Positions 9,528 through 18,980 of a DNA stretch of 64,000 nt are shown here, piece after piece. Source of the stretch: a virus; IMG/VR virus record IMGVR_UViG_3300046779_001123, positions 9,972 through 73,971 of that record; one strand, given 5' to 3'. Under the pieces are notes generated by a model. The model was not told where the DNA came from, searched no databases, and saw only the letters and a list, made by a program, of their open reading frames with translations. Each line of letters begins with the position of its first letter. The first letter of the stretch is position 1. Made by a program: the position numbers and the translations under genes.

Positions 9528-10763
9528 ATGAACAAAATTCTTGCACCTATTTTTCTGTGTACTTTAGTATTAACCGGCTGCGGCGGCGGCGGAACGTCTA
9601 TTGCTGGCGGCGGAACGAGCACTACTATTACTTCCGCAACAAATACAATGAATGCAGTAGTTCGAACTACCTCTACTGCACTAAATCTAGTTAACACATT
9701 AGCAGTAGGTGATCTAAACAACGACGGTCTAGACGATGTAGTCATAGGTGGGTGGGTCAACGATGGCACTCACACAGCACGAATTTATGTGTTTTATCAA
9801 AATAGCAATGGCACATTGACAGAAAAAACCACAGAAGTATTGACATCAAATACTTACAGCGGCAGTCAGCATGTGTTTATAAAAGACTTTGACGGTGATG
9901 GGCGCAATGATATTTTCCTTCCGGCATTCGACGATGGCGTTGGCCAACCCGTAGCCAACAGTGTGTTCTTTTGGAACAACTCTGGACAGTTTGTTCGCCA
10001 AGATCTAACAGATCAAGTCTACGCCCACGGTGCTTGCTACAACGATATTGATCGTGATGGCGATATTGACATATTGGTCAGTGGCGCCAACGGCGGTTTA
10101 TATGTCAACAACGGAAACAGAAATTTCTCAATTCAGACCGCAGTATTGCCCAACGACTTCTTTGCCACTTGCAGTGTAATTCACAATTCTAACAATACAA
10201 TTTCTATTATCATGGGCCAAAGCGGGTTGGTTGCAGGATTTAAATCATCTATCCTAACTATAGATCGAAATTTCAATGTTGTTTCTAATGTAGGTGTTGT
10301 TGCTCCTACCAATAATGGTGTAGAATTTGATTTGATCAACAGTCGTGCCATGGATGTCAATAATGACGGCAACACAGATTTTGTTGCAGTGTTCAACGAC
10401 ATGGCACCTGGGGTTCCTGGGGCCAAGCAAGTATTGCTGGGAGACGGGCAAGGCAACTTTGTAGCACAGCCGGCATTTGATACACAATATAACAATGCCT
10501 ATTATTCACACACAATTTTCACTGCAGGGCATATCACTGTGTTGTTTGGTGCCGACAACGGGCATACAAAACTTTATCAAATCATCAACGGTGTATGGAC
10601 GTTATACAAACAAGATGTGTTAGACTCGATGGCTGCGTCTGTTGGTGCTAGTGCAGGAAATTGGAATATCGGGCATGGCACAGTTTACCAAAACACTGTT
10701 AATGGCCGTGTATATGTGCTACAATATCTAGCAGGAAAATATTATACAAAAGAACTCATATGA
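9528..10763 (+). CDS. Lipoprotein with FG-GAP/VCBS-like Ca-binding repeats
   Basis: Signal peptide + LTGC lipobox; repeated DxNxDGxxD motifs (DLNNDGLDD, DFDGDGRND, DIDRDGDID, DVNNDGNTD). Confidence 0.6.
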   Translation: MNKILAPIFLCTLVLTGCGGGGTSIAGGGTSTTITSATNTMNAVVRTTSTALNLVNTLAVGDLNNDGLDDVVIGGWVNDGTHTARIYVFYQNSNGTLTEKTTEVLTSNTYSGSQHVFIKDFDGDGRNDIFLPAFDDGVGQPVANSVFFWNNSGQFVRQDLTDQVYAHGACYNDIDRDGDIDILVSGANGGLYVNNGNRNFSIQTAVLPNDFFATCSVIHNSNNTISIIMGQSGLVAGFKSSILTIDRNFNVVSNVGVVAPTNNGVEFDLINSRAMDVNNDGNTDFVAVFNDMAPGVPGAKQVLLGDGQGNFVAQPAFDTQYNNAYYSHTIFTAGHITVLFGADNGHTKLYQIINGVWTLYKQDVLDSMAASVGASAGNWNIGHGTVYQNTVNGRVYVLQYLAGKYYTKELI

Positions 10764-11161
10764 AATATCAAACATTAGAAACAGCAGCCAAGGCAGGCGT
10801 AGCACCTTGGGATCTAAAAGTCAAAGAACTCAGCGACTTTCATGTTGCAGTGTTTCAAGATCGATTTCCTGTAGCTAAAGGGCATCTACTATTTGTGCCT
10901 GTGTATAACACCGGTGCTATGATCGAAGACTGTTTCAACTCGGCATACTATCATGGCACACGAATGGTAGAATCCGGCGAGTGGGAAGCATTCAACATTG
11001 GATTCAACTGTGGCGCGGCTGCTGGTCAAACAGTGATGTATCCACATATACACTTAATTCCTCGCAAGACTGGAGATTGCGCCAATCCCACTGGTGGTGT
11101 TCGTGGTGTTATTCATGGCCAAGCCGATTACAAAAGTGGCGGTTACCAACTGCCAGCATAA
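10760..11161 (+). CDS. HIT-family (histidine triad) nucleotide hydrolase/transferase
   Basis: HIHLIPR histidine triad; GHLLFVP. Confidence 0.7.
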   Translation: MKYQTLETAAKAGVAPWDLKVKELSDFHVAVFQDRFPVAKGHLLFVPVYNTGAMIEDCFNSAYYHGTRMVESGEWEAFNIGFNCGAAAGQTVMYPHIHLIPRKTGDCANPTGGVRGVIHGQADYKSGGYQLPA

Positions 11162-11241
11162 GTATTTCTTTAAGCGGCCTGTCCGGCATCATCCCGCTAT
11201 ACAAACTCTGCTGCCTATGCTATAATACATAGGAGGACAAT

Positions 11242-11745
11242 ATGGCAAATCAACCCCGACAATATCAATACACTAGCACCAAAGAGTATCACGATGCGTT
11301 TCCCTGCGCTTATCGTCAATGGCGTGCGGACAGCCACTGCAATCTAATTCATGGCTACAGTTTTTCAATGAAGTTCTACTTCGGCACAGACAATCTAGAC
11401 GTGCGAAACTGGGCAGCTGACTACGGCGGACTCAAAGAACTGAAGAAGACATTGGAAGATCAATTTGATCACACCTTGCTGGTGGCACAAGATGATCCAG
11501 AATTGGAAACATACAAACTGTTACAAGAAAAGAAGTTGGCCAAACTCACAGTCCTGCCTAGATTAGGTTGCGAAGGTTTAGCAGACATGCTATACAAGTA
11601 TGTCAACGGTGTTTACATTCCTGACATGTGGGGACCGGGCGAAGCCGAACGTTTGTGGTGCTATCGCGTGGAGGTGCGCGAAACCCAGTCGAATATGGCT
11701 TTCCGTGAAGGTCACCGTGAATGGAATGAAGATTTGTTTGCTTAA
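11242..11745 (+). CDS. queD: 6-carboxy-5,6,7,8-tetrahydropterin synthase (PTPS family)
   Basis: CNLIHGYSF (Cx3HG motif), FDHTLL ~ LDHHYL; extended -10 TGCTATAAT upstream. Confidence 0.7.
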   Translation: MANQPRQYQYTSTKEYHDAFPCAYRQWRADSHCNLIHGYSFSMKFYFGTDNLDVRNWAADYGGLKELKKTLEDQFDHTLLVAQDDPELETYKLLQEKKLAKLTVLPRLGCEGLADMLYKYVNGVYIPDMWGPGEAERLWCYRVEVRETQSNMAFREGHREWNEDLFA

Positions 11746-11766
11746 AAAATAAGCACTTCAAAATAT

Positions 11767-11792
11767 GCCCTGTTTTTACAGGGCATGATCAT
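11767..11792 (+). terminator. Hairpin terminator after queD
   Basis: GCCCTG-TTTTTA-CAGGGC followed by a T-rich run. Confidence 0.5.
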
Positions 11793-11811
11793 TTTATAGA
11801 TACATAACGAT

Positions 11812-12642
11812 ATGAAATATAGCATTGCAGTTTTACTACCAACAAGAGGACGCACTGGCGCACTGAGCCGTAGCGTGATGAGCTTGATCAACCGAGCTGT
11901 TAAATTAGAGCGAGTCCAGCTACTGCTTGGGTTCGACGATGATGACACAGAAGGAATTGAGCACTTTCAAAATGAGTTAGAGCCTTGGCTTATTGAGAAA
12001 AAAGTCAATTATGACGCCCAAGTGTTTCCTCGCATGGGCTATGCTCGTTTAAATGAATATGTTAATGCTCTTGCTCAAGCCAGCGATGCAGATTGGTTAA
12101 TGTTCTGGAACGATGACGCCATGATGGACACTGCTGGATGGGACAAGCAAATTGCTGATCACACCGGCGAATTCAAATGCTTGGCAGTGCATACACATCG
12201 AGATCATCCATATAGTATTTTTCCCATTGTTCCTAGAGAATGGCTAGATGCACTAGGATATCTCAGCCCACATCAAATTTCAGATGCATGGCTAAGCCAA
12301 CAAGCATATCTACTAGATATATTTGAAAGAATTCCTGTATGGGTTACACATGATCGTCACGATCTTACTGGCAATAACAATGACGACACTTACAAAAATC
12401 GTGTGATGTATGAAGGCAATCCCAACAGCCCCAAAGACTTCCATCACATCAGTTGGCATCTCCGTAGAATGGAAGATGTTGAAAAACTTGCCAGCTATAT
12501 GCAATCACAGAATCTCAGCACCGAATGGTGGGAAAATGTTAAATTAAAAAAACAAGATCCATGGGCAAAATTACAAGAAAATGATGTCAATGGTCAATGT
12601 AAACAATTTCAACTTCCAGTAAATCAAATGGGTGGAGTATGA
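11812..12642 (+). CDS. GT-A fold (GT2-like) glycosyltransferase
   Basis: SIAVLLPTRGR N-terminus and DDDD (DxD) motif. Confidence 0.5.
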   Translation: MKYSIAVLLPTRGRTGALSRSVMSLINRAVKLERVQLLLGFDDDDTEGIEHFQNELEPWLIEKKVNYDAQVFPRMGYARLNEYVNALAQASDADWLMFWNDDAMMDTAGWDKQIADHTGEFKCLAVHTHRDHPYSIFPIVPREWLDALGYLSPHQISDAWLSQQAYLLDIFERIPVWVTHDRHDLTGNNNDDTYKNRVMYEGNPNSPKDFHHISWHLRRMEDVEKLASYMQSQNLSTEWWENVKLKKQDPWAKLQENDVNGQCKQFQLPVNQMGGV

Positions 12643-13418
12643 GCGAGACCTTAGAAGAGCGTATCAAAAGATATTGGAATGCACAGCCATGCAACATCAA
12701 GCATGGCACTGCTGATTTTGGCACACCTGAATTCTTTCAACAAATTAGCGAGCGTCGATATAAAGTAGAACCTCATATTGCGGAGTTTGCTGGATTCCAT
12801 TTATGGCAAGGCAAACGTGTGTTAGAAGTAGGTTGCGGAATTGCCAGTGATGGCGAAGAGTTTGCCAAACATGGTGCCGAATATGTGGGTATTGACTATA
12901 GTGACCAAAGCGTGGAAATTGCCCGCAAGCGTTTTGAAGTGCATGGTCTCGAGGGCGAGTTCCATAACATTGATGCCAGTGACAGTAACGCAACCGCTAA
13001 TTTGGGCAAGTTTGATCTTGTTTACAGCTACGGTGTTATTCATCACTTTCCTGCAATTGATACTATTATCAATAACATTCATTCCTTGCTCAAACCCGGT
13101 GGTGAATTCCGCTTCATGGTATATGCCAAAAACTCTTGGAAACAGGCAATGATCTACAAAGGGCTGGATCAATACGAGGCACAAGCAGGGTGTCCGTATG
13201 CCAAGAGTTTCTCCAAAGAAGAAATCCCCGAATTACTGGGGCCTGGCTGGCATGTGGAACGAGTGAGACAAGATCATTGTTTTATGTATAACGTAGAAGC
13301 CTATAAACAAGGGCAATATGAGTTAGAACCTTGGTTTGCTGCTATGCCGGACGCAATGCGCGAAGCTGTGCGTGAATATCTAGGCTGGCATTTACTAGTT
13401 AAGGCGAAGAAGGTTTGA
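12639..13418 (+). CDS. Class I SAM-dependent methyltransferase
   Basis: VLEVGCGIASDG motif I, LKPGG post-motif. Confidence 0.75.
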   Translation: MSETLEERIKRYWNAQPCNIKHGTADFGTPEFFQQISERRYKVEPHIAEFAGFHLWQGKRVLEVGCGIASDGEEFAKHGAEYVGIDYSDQSVEIARKRFEVHGLEGEFHNIDASDSNATANLGKFDLVYSYGVIHHFPAIDTIINNIHSLLKPGGEFRFMVYAKNSWKQAMIYKGLDQYEAQAGCPYAKSFSKEEIPELLGPGWHVERVRQDHCFMYNVEAYKQGQYELEPWFAAMPDAMREAVREYLGWHLLVKAKKV

Positions 13419-14365
13419 AAAAAATAGTTTATATCACAGGGTGTCTTGGGTTCATGGGTGTTCATGTAACACGTGAGCTACTTGCCCGAGGCTGGTATGT
13501 CATAGGTGTGGACAAATGCACTTATGCCAGCAATGAAAACTTCTTAAATGAATTTAACAAGTATAAAACTTTTAAGTTCATTAAGTCCGACATCAATGAT
13601 TTAGATCGTTTACATGATTGTGATTATGTTATCAACATGGCAGCAGAAACACATGTTGATAATTCTATCATGAGCAGTGGTGTATTTTTACACAGTAATG
13701 TCAACGGGGTGCATCACCTGCTGGAATTGATCAAACAGCAACCCCGACACAAACAACCTGTGCTGTTGCATTTTAGCACAGACGAAGTCTATGGCGACAT
13801 CAACTCGGGTGCTCACACAGAAACTGATTTGCTAAAGCCCAGCAATCCGTATTCAGCCAGCAAGGCTGCTGCTGATATGTTAATCACTGCTTGGGCAAGA
13901 ACATATGGTATGAAGTATATCATTGTGCGTCCTACTAACAACTACGGCACAGGGCAGTATGTTGAAAAACTCATACCCAAGTCTATAAAGTATCTCACAC
14001 TAGGCAAAAAGATCGATTTGCATGATCGCGGCGAACCTGTGCGAACTTGGCTTCATGCCACTGATACTGCTGTTGCTGTTGCAACAATTATCAATTCGGG
14101 CGTGACCAACGAAATATACAACATTTCGGGCAATGCAGAAATGCCTAACCGAGAAGTTATCAAGAAGATACTGACTCTTTATCAAGGTTCCGATGCCGCG
14201 GCGAATTGGGAAGATTATATCTTTGATAGCAATCGAGTCGGGCAAGATGTTCGCTATGCAATTGATGACTCAAAACTCAAGGCTTTGGGATGGTATCCGC
14301 TTGCAGACTTTGACACGGCACTGGCAGATATAGTAAAATATTACATTGAAAATTTTGTATGGTAA
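13415..14365 (+). CDS. NDP-glucose 4,6-dehydratase (RfbB-like, extended SDR)
   Basis: ITGCLGFMG, STDEVYG, YSASKAAAD (YxxxK). Confidence 0.8.
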   Translation: MKKIVYITGCLGFMGVHVTRELLARGWYVIGVDKCTYASNENFLNEFNKYKTFKFIKSDINDLDRLHDCDYVINMAAETHVDNSIMSSGVFLHSNVNGVHHLLELIKQQPRHKQPVLLHFSTDEVYGDINSGAHTETDLLKPSNPYSASKAAADMLITAWARTYGMKYIIVRPTNNYGTGQYVEKLIPKSIKYLTLGKKIDLHDRGEPVRTWLHATDTAVAVATIINSGVTNEIYNISGNAEMPNREVIKKILTLYQGSDAAANWEDYIFDSNRVGQDVRYAIDDSKLKALGWYPLADFDTALADIVKYYIENFVW

Positions 14366-15081
14366 AAAACTATCTAGTGTGTGCTGTTCGTCCTATTGAG
14401 GATGGCTGGCACCTTGAAAAAAATCACGATCTGTATGCACAATACAGACAAATGTATGACCTGCGATTAGCAAGTTTCCGCAAGTTTGTTGAGGAACCAT
14501 TTGAAGCCGTTCTGTGGACTGATCCGGTTAAAAACAATGATGAGTATACCATTGCAAACTGGAACGCGATCAAGGAATTATGGCATAGCGAGCCGTGCAA
14601 TATCTTCTGGGCCGGGGCTGACACAATCATGACACAGCCTACAAGTTTGTTCAGCGATAGATTCAAAGAATATCGCATGTTCAACTACACTGACCCAAGG
14701 TCACACAGAGAATTTGCGCATTACTTCAACGACGATATTCAATACTATCCTCATACTATGAGCAAGGAGACGTGGGACTTAGGCGAGGAATTGTGGTCTC
14801 AACGCGAAGGTCATCCAGATCAGTTTTGGGGATTTGATCAGAATAGACACAACACAATGTTTTGGAGTCAAGACATCCCAGACAACGATCGATTCCATCC
14901 CCATCTAGCATACCAGGCAATGCAACTTAGAGAGCTAACACAACAAGTAATAGATAAGCATAATGCGTGGAATGGCTTGGACATACGTCAAGCACACATT
15001 ATACATTTTCATGCCAGTCGTGGCAGTCAACAGGTCATTGATCTCATGCGTTTTATTTCTCAACAACTAGGTATCATTTAA
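14359..15081 (+). CDS. Hypothetical protein in the sugar cluster
   Basis: 240-aa ORF, W/H-rich, no clear motif. Confidence 0.4.
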   Translation: MVKNYLVCAVRPIEDGWHLEKNHDLYAQYRQMYDLRLASFRKFVEEPFEAVLWTDPVKNNDEYTIANWNAIKELWHSEPCNIFWAGADTIMTQPTSLFSDRFKEYRMFNYTDPRSHREFAHYFNDDIQYYPHTMSKETWDLGEELWSQREGHPDQFWGFDQNRHNTMFWSQDIPDNDRFHPHLAYQAMQLRELTQQVIDKHNAWNGLDIRQAHIIHFHASRGSQQVIDLMRFISQQLGII

Positions 15082-16400
15082 TGGAAGAAATTCTCAAATT
15101 AGTGCGAGAGCACATCGAACAAAAACAAGCTAACAAAACTTGGACAGCTGGCGAGGACTTTGTAAACTATGCCGGATCTTATTTTGATGAAAAAGAATTT
15201 GTTGCTGCGGTGGAAAGTTTGCTCAAAGGTTGGCTTGTCATGGGCGACGCTGGCTTGAAGTTTGAGCGTGAGTTTCCGCAATATTTTGGCAAAAGCAAAG
15301 GCATTCTGACAAACTCCGGGTCATCTAGCAACTTGCTGATGATGTCAGCGTTAACATCCAAGCGTGGTTACAACTTGCCTAAAGGCACAAAAGTGTTAAT
15401 GCCTATTGCAGGTTTTCCTACCACACTAAACCCAACATTACAAGTGGGGTTTGAACCTGTGTTTGTGGACATTGAACTAGATACTCTTAATTTAGACTTG
15501 GATCAAGTTGAAATGAGATTGATATCTGATCCTTCTATTCGTGTAATTACATTTGCTCATGTGCTAGGTAATCCCCCAGCAATGGATCGATTGATGGAAT
15601 TAGTCGAGCGGCATGATCTTATTTTGTTAGAAGATTGTTGCGATGCATTGGGCAGCACATATGACGGCAAACCCTTGGGCAGTTATGGCTTGATGGCATC
15701 GTGCAGTTTCTATCCAGCACACCACATGACCATGGGCGAAGGCGGCTATGTTGCCACCAATGACGCAAACACAGATGTTATCTTACGTTCATTCCGTGAA
15801 TGGGGCCGTGGTTGCTATTGCGTAGGCCCAGAGGCCAATAAGTTGAAATGCGGCACTTGTGGCAATAGATTCAACAACTGGATTCCAACCTTGCCCAATG
15901 AAATATTTGATCACAAATACGTCTATGACGAAATTGGCTACAACATGAAGCCCATTGAAGTTCAATGTGCCATGGGCTTGGAGCAGTTGAAAAAGTTGCC
16001 TGAAATTCATGCCTTGCGTCGACGCAACTATCAATTACTATTTGACATTTACAAAGACTATGAAGAATTCTTCTACTTACCAAGAGCGACTGCAAAGTCT
16101 GACCCTAGTTGGTTTGCTTTCCCACTCACCATACGCCCGGGTGCTCCCTTTACTAGGAATGACATTGTGGATTACCTCGAAGAAAATCTCATTCAAACTC
16201 GTCCTTATTTTGCTGGCAATATTATGTTGCAGCCTGCTTATAGCCATTTGATGGATCCGCAGAAAGCCAAGGACAATTTCCCCAACGCAACACACGCAAT
16301 GACACACACTTACTTCCATGGAACAAGTCCAGTCATTACACCCGAACAAATTGAATATATTGGTTCAGTGGTTCGCGGTTTCTTAAGTTTATATCGATAA
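15081..16400 (+). CDS. DegT-family PMP-dependent NDP-4-keto-6-deoxyhexose 3-dehydrase (E1/RfbH/ColD-like)
   Basis: SFYPAHHMTMGEGG with His replacing the PLP Lys, as in E1/ColD; 439 aa. Confidence 0.7.
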   Translation: MEEILKLVREHIEQKQANKTWTAGEDFVNYAGSYFDEKEFVAAVESLLKGWLVMGDAGLKFEREFPQYFGKSKGILTNSGSSSNLLMMSALTSKRGYNLPKGTKVLMPIAGFPTTLNPTLQVGFEPVFVDIELDTLNLDLDQVEMRLISDPSIRVITFAHVLGNPPAMDRLMELVERHDLILLEDCCDALGSTYDGKPLGSYGLMASCSFYPAHHMTMGEGGYVATNDANTDVILRSFREWGRGCYCVGPEANKLKCGTCGNRFNNWIPTLPNEIFDHKYVYDEIGYNMKPIEVQCAMGLEQLKKLPEIHALRRRNYQLLFDIYKDYEEFFYLPRATAKSDPSWFAFPLTIRPGAPFTRNDIVDYLEENLIQTRPYFAGNIMLQPAYSHLMDPQKAKDNFPNATHAMTHTYFHGTSPVITPEQIEYIGSVVRGFLSLYR

Positions 16401-16410
16401 GGAGACAGCC

Positions 16411-18171
16411 ATGAAGGGTAGTCAATACGTAGCAAAGTTTTTAAAGGCCGTTGGTGCCAACAAAGTTTTCCAAGTGCAAGGTGGTGCAATCACATTTATG
16501 GTTGATCAAATTGCCCTAGAAGAAGGCATGGAAGTCGTTTGCTTCCAGCACGAGCAAGCCGCTGCAATGGCAGCAGATGCACTGTGGCGCACAAATGGAC
16601 AACTAGGTGTGTCAATGGCAACGTCTGGTCCTGGTGCATCAAACTTGATCACCGGTATTGCTTGTGGCTATTACGATAGTATTCCTAGCTTGCACATCAC
16701 AGGGCAAGTAAACTATGAAGAACAAAAACTCTATCGTGGTGCTGCTGTTCGCCAAGCTGGTTTTCAACAAATGGACATTGTCTCTATGGTCAAGCCTGTT
16801 TGCAAATATGCTGTGAACGTCACAACACACGATGACATGCGCCAAGAACTTAAACGTTGTGTGGAAGAAGCATACTCGGGCCGCATGGGTCCTGTGCTGA
16901 TTGACATTCCCATGAACTTGCAAAACGCCGAAATGGAAGATAGCACAATGTTGTTGCCTGATTCTTCAAAATGGAGTGCCGTTGACACTGGTATTCTTCC
17001 CGAGGGAGTTGGCAGCGCAATTCAACACTTCTTAGGCAGTGCCAAGCGACCACTTATTATATTCGGCGCAGGTGTTGGCCTTGCAGGTAAGCAAGCAGAA
17101 CTTGAGCGTTGGTTAGGCTCTAATAAGATTCCGTTTGTTGCTACTTGGGCTGCATTAAATTACTTTAGTCACGAAGCACCTACCTACATCGGACACTTTG
17201 GTGTGTATGGCAATCGCGGCGGTAACAATGCTATTCAAAACGCAGACCGCATTCTTGTGCTAGGTTCTCGCTTAGACAACCGCCAGCGGTCAGGAAACCC
17301 TGCTAACTTTGCACCTAATGCTAAAATCTTGTGTATTGATATTGACCCAGCTGAGTTAGAAAAACTAGATCCAGCGAACTATCGCGGCATCGAATTCGAC
17401 TTGCGTAATCTTGACAAAGCATTGCGTGGTGTAGAGAAGCCCAAGTTTGATCCAGAATGGGGTAAGTATTGCCAAAGTCTCAAGGCAAAGTATTTTAACA
17501 AAGATACTAGTTCATACAGCCAACAACACGATGTTATGAGTCCGTATGCAGTGGTAGAAAAGCTACAGCAAGTAGCTGAGTCTGATGCTGTTATCACAAC
17601 AGATGCAGGTGCTAACCACTGCTGGGTTTACCAGTCATTCTATCGCAATCAAGATCAACTGTTAATGACCAGCTCGGGTCACTATGCCATGGGTTATGCA
17701 TTGCCTGCATCAATTGGTGCTGCATTGGTTGCACCTACTCGTCAGCACATTTGCTCCAATGGCGATGGTGGCATTCAAATGAACTTGCAAGAGCTGCAAA
17801 CTGTCAAAGAGTATGATTTGGATATCAAAGTTGTTGTGTTCAACAATCGTCGATTGGGAATGATTTGTCAGTTCCAAGACACTTATATGGATGGCCGTCA
17901 TGCTGCTACAGAGAATGGCCCCGGTCGTCCCGACTTTAGAAAGATTGCTGAAGCATTTGATTTTGATTATGTGTTGATTACTTCGTTAGATCAAATCAGT
18001 GCCGAGACACTAAAGCCCGGTCGTAGAATTATCGAAATCAAGATCCATCCTGGCGTGCAAATTGAACCTAAACTAGAAAAAGGTCGTCCTATTAATGATC
18101 AATCACCGTTGGTCAGCGACGAAGAGTTTGCTACTGGTAATCCATATTATACCTACGAGAGAATTCGTTGA
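16411..18171 (+). CDS. ThDP-dependent acetolactate-synthase-like enzyme (YerE-like branched-sugar synthase candidate)
   Basis: 586 aa; GDGGIQMNLQELQT ThDP-binding GDG-x24-N motif; AGGAGA RBS. Confidence 0.75.
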   Translation: MKGSQYVAKFLKAVGANKVFQVQGGAITFMVDQIALEEGMEVVCFQHEQAAAMAADALWRTNGQLGVSMATSGPGASNLITGIACGYYDSIPSLHITGQVNYEEQKLYRGAAVRQAGFQQMDIVSMVKPVCKYAVNVTTHDDMRQELKRCVEEAYSGRMGPVLIDIPMNLQNAEMEDSTMLLPDSSKWSAVDTGILPEGVGSAIQHFLGSAKRPLIIFGAGVGLAGKQAELERWLGSNKIPFVATWAALNYFSHEAPTYIGHFGVYGNRGGNNAIQNADRILVLGSRLDNRQRSGNPANFAPNAKILCIDIDPAELEKLDPANYRGIEFDLRNLDKALRGVEKPKFDPEWGKYCQSLKAKYFNKDTSSYSQQHDVMSPYAVVEKLQQVAESDAVITTDAGANHCWVYQSFYRNQDQLLMTSSGHYAMGYALPASIGAALVAPTRQHICSNGDGGIQMNLQELQTVKEYDLDIKVVVFNNRRLGMICQFQDTYMDGRHAATENGPGRPDFRKIAEAFDFDYVLITSLDQISAETLKPGRRIIEIKIHPGVQIEPKLEKGRPINDQSPLVSDEEFATGNPYYTYERIR

Positions 18172-18980
18172 AAGTATTGATCACAGGAGCCGGGGGATTC
18201 CTTGGCTCGTATCTTAGTAAACATCTTCCACATGAAGTTGTTGCGCTGACCCGACAACAACTGGACTTGTCGGATACACTGGCAACATACAATCATTTTC
18301 AAAACAACAGATACGACGCAGTAATTCATTGCGGTGCTGCCGGGCGCAACACTCCATTGGCCGAAGATTGGAACATAGTTAACAATAATTTACAGTCGGT
18401 TATGAATCTCATGATCAACAATCGTGAATTTGACAAACTGATCAATATTGGCACCGGTGCCGAATTTGATGTTGGCCGCGATATCGACTGTGTTAGCGAA
18501 AATGAAATATTCAATCGTATGCCGCCACAAAGTTATGGAATGAGTAAAAATCTCATAGCCAGATATTTGCGTGGCCACCCCATGTGCTACAATCTGCGAC
18601 TGTTTGGTTGTTTTGATTCGTCAGAAGATCCGGCTAGACTTCTCAAAAAATTTCATTCAACTGTGTCCCAGGGCAAGAAGTTCAGCATTACGGACAGGGA
18701 ATTTGACATGATCAGTGCCACGGATTTTGCCGTTGTTGTCAATGCTGTGCTCAATGGAGCCATAAATTATCGCGATATCAACTGCGTTTATGCCAAAAAG
18801 TATAGACTAAGCGAAATATTGAGTGTATACTGTGACAAACATGGACTAGATAAATCCTTGATTGAAATCAACGGGCAAGGATTGAATTATACCGGCAATG
18901 GTGATACGCTGTCTAAATACAACCTCAATCTACTTGGATTGGAACAATCATTAGCAAACTATGAAATTAAAAATCAGTGA
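18168..18980 (+). CDS. NAD(P)-dependent epimerase/reductase (short SDR)
   Basis: MKVLITGAGGFLGSYL Rossmann motif. Confidence 0.6.
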   Translation: MKVLITGAGGFLGSYLSKHLPHEVVALTRQQLDLSDTLATYNHFQNNRYDAVIHCGAAGRNTPLAEDWNIVNNNLQSVMNLMINNREFDKLINIGTGAEFDVGRDIDCVSENEIFNRMPPQSYGMSKNLIARYLRGHPMCYNLRLFGCFDSSEDPARLLKKFHSTVSQGKKFSITDREFDMISATDFAVVVNAVLNGAINYRDINCVYAKKYRLSEILSVYCDKHGLDKSLIEINGQGLNYTGNGDTLSKYNLNLLGLEQSLANYEIKNQ

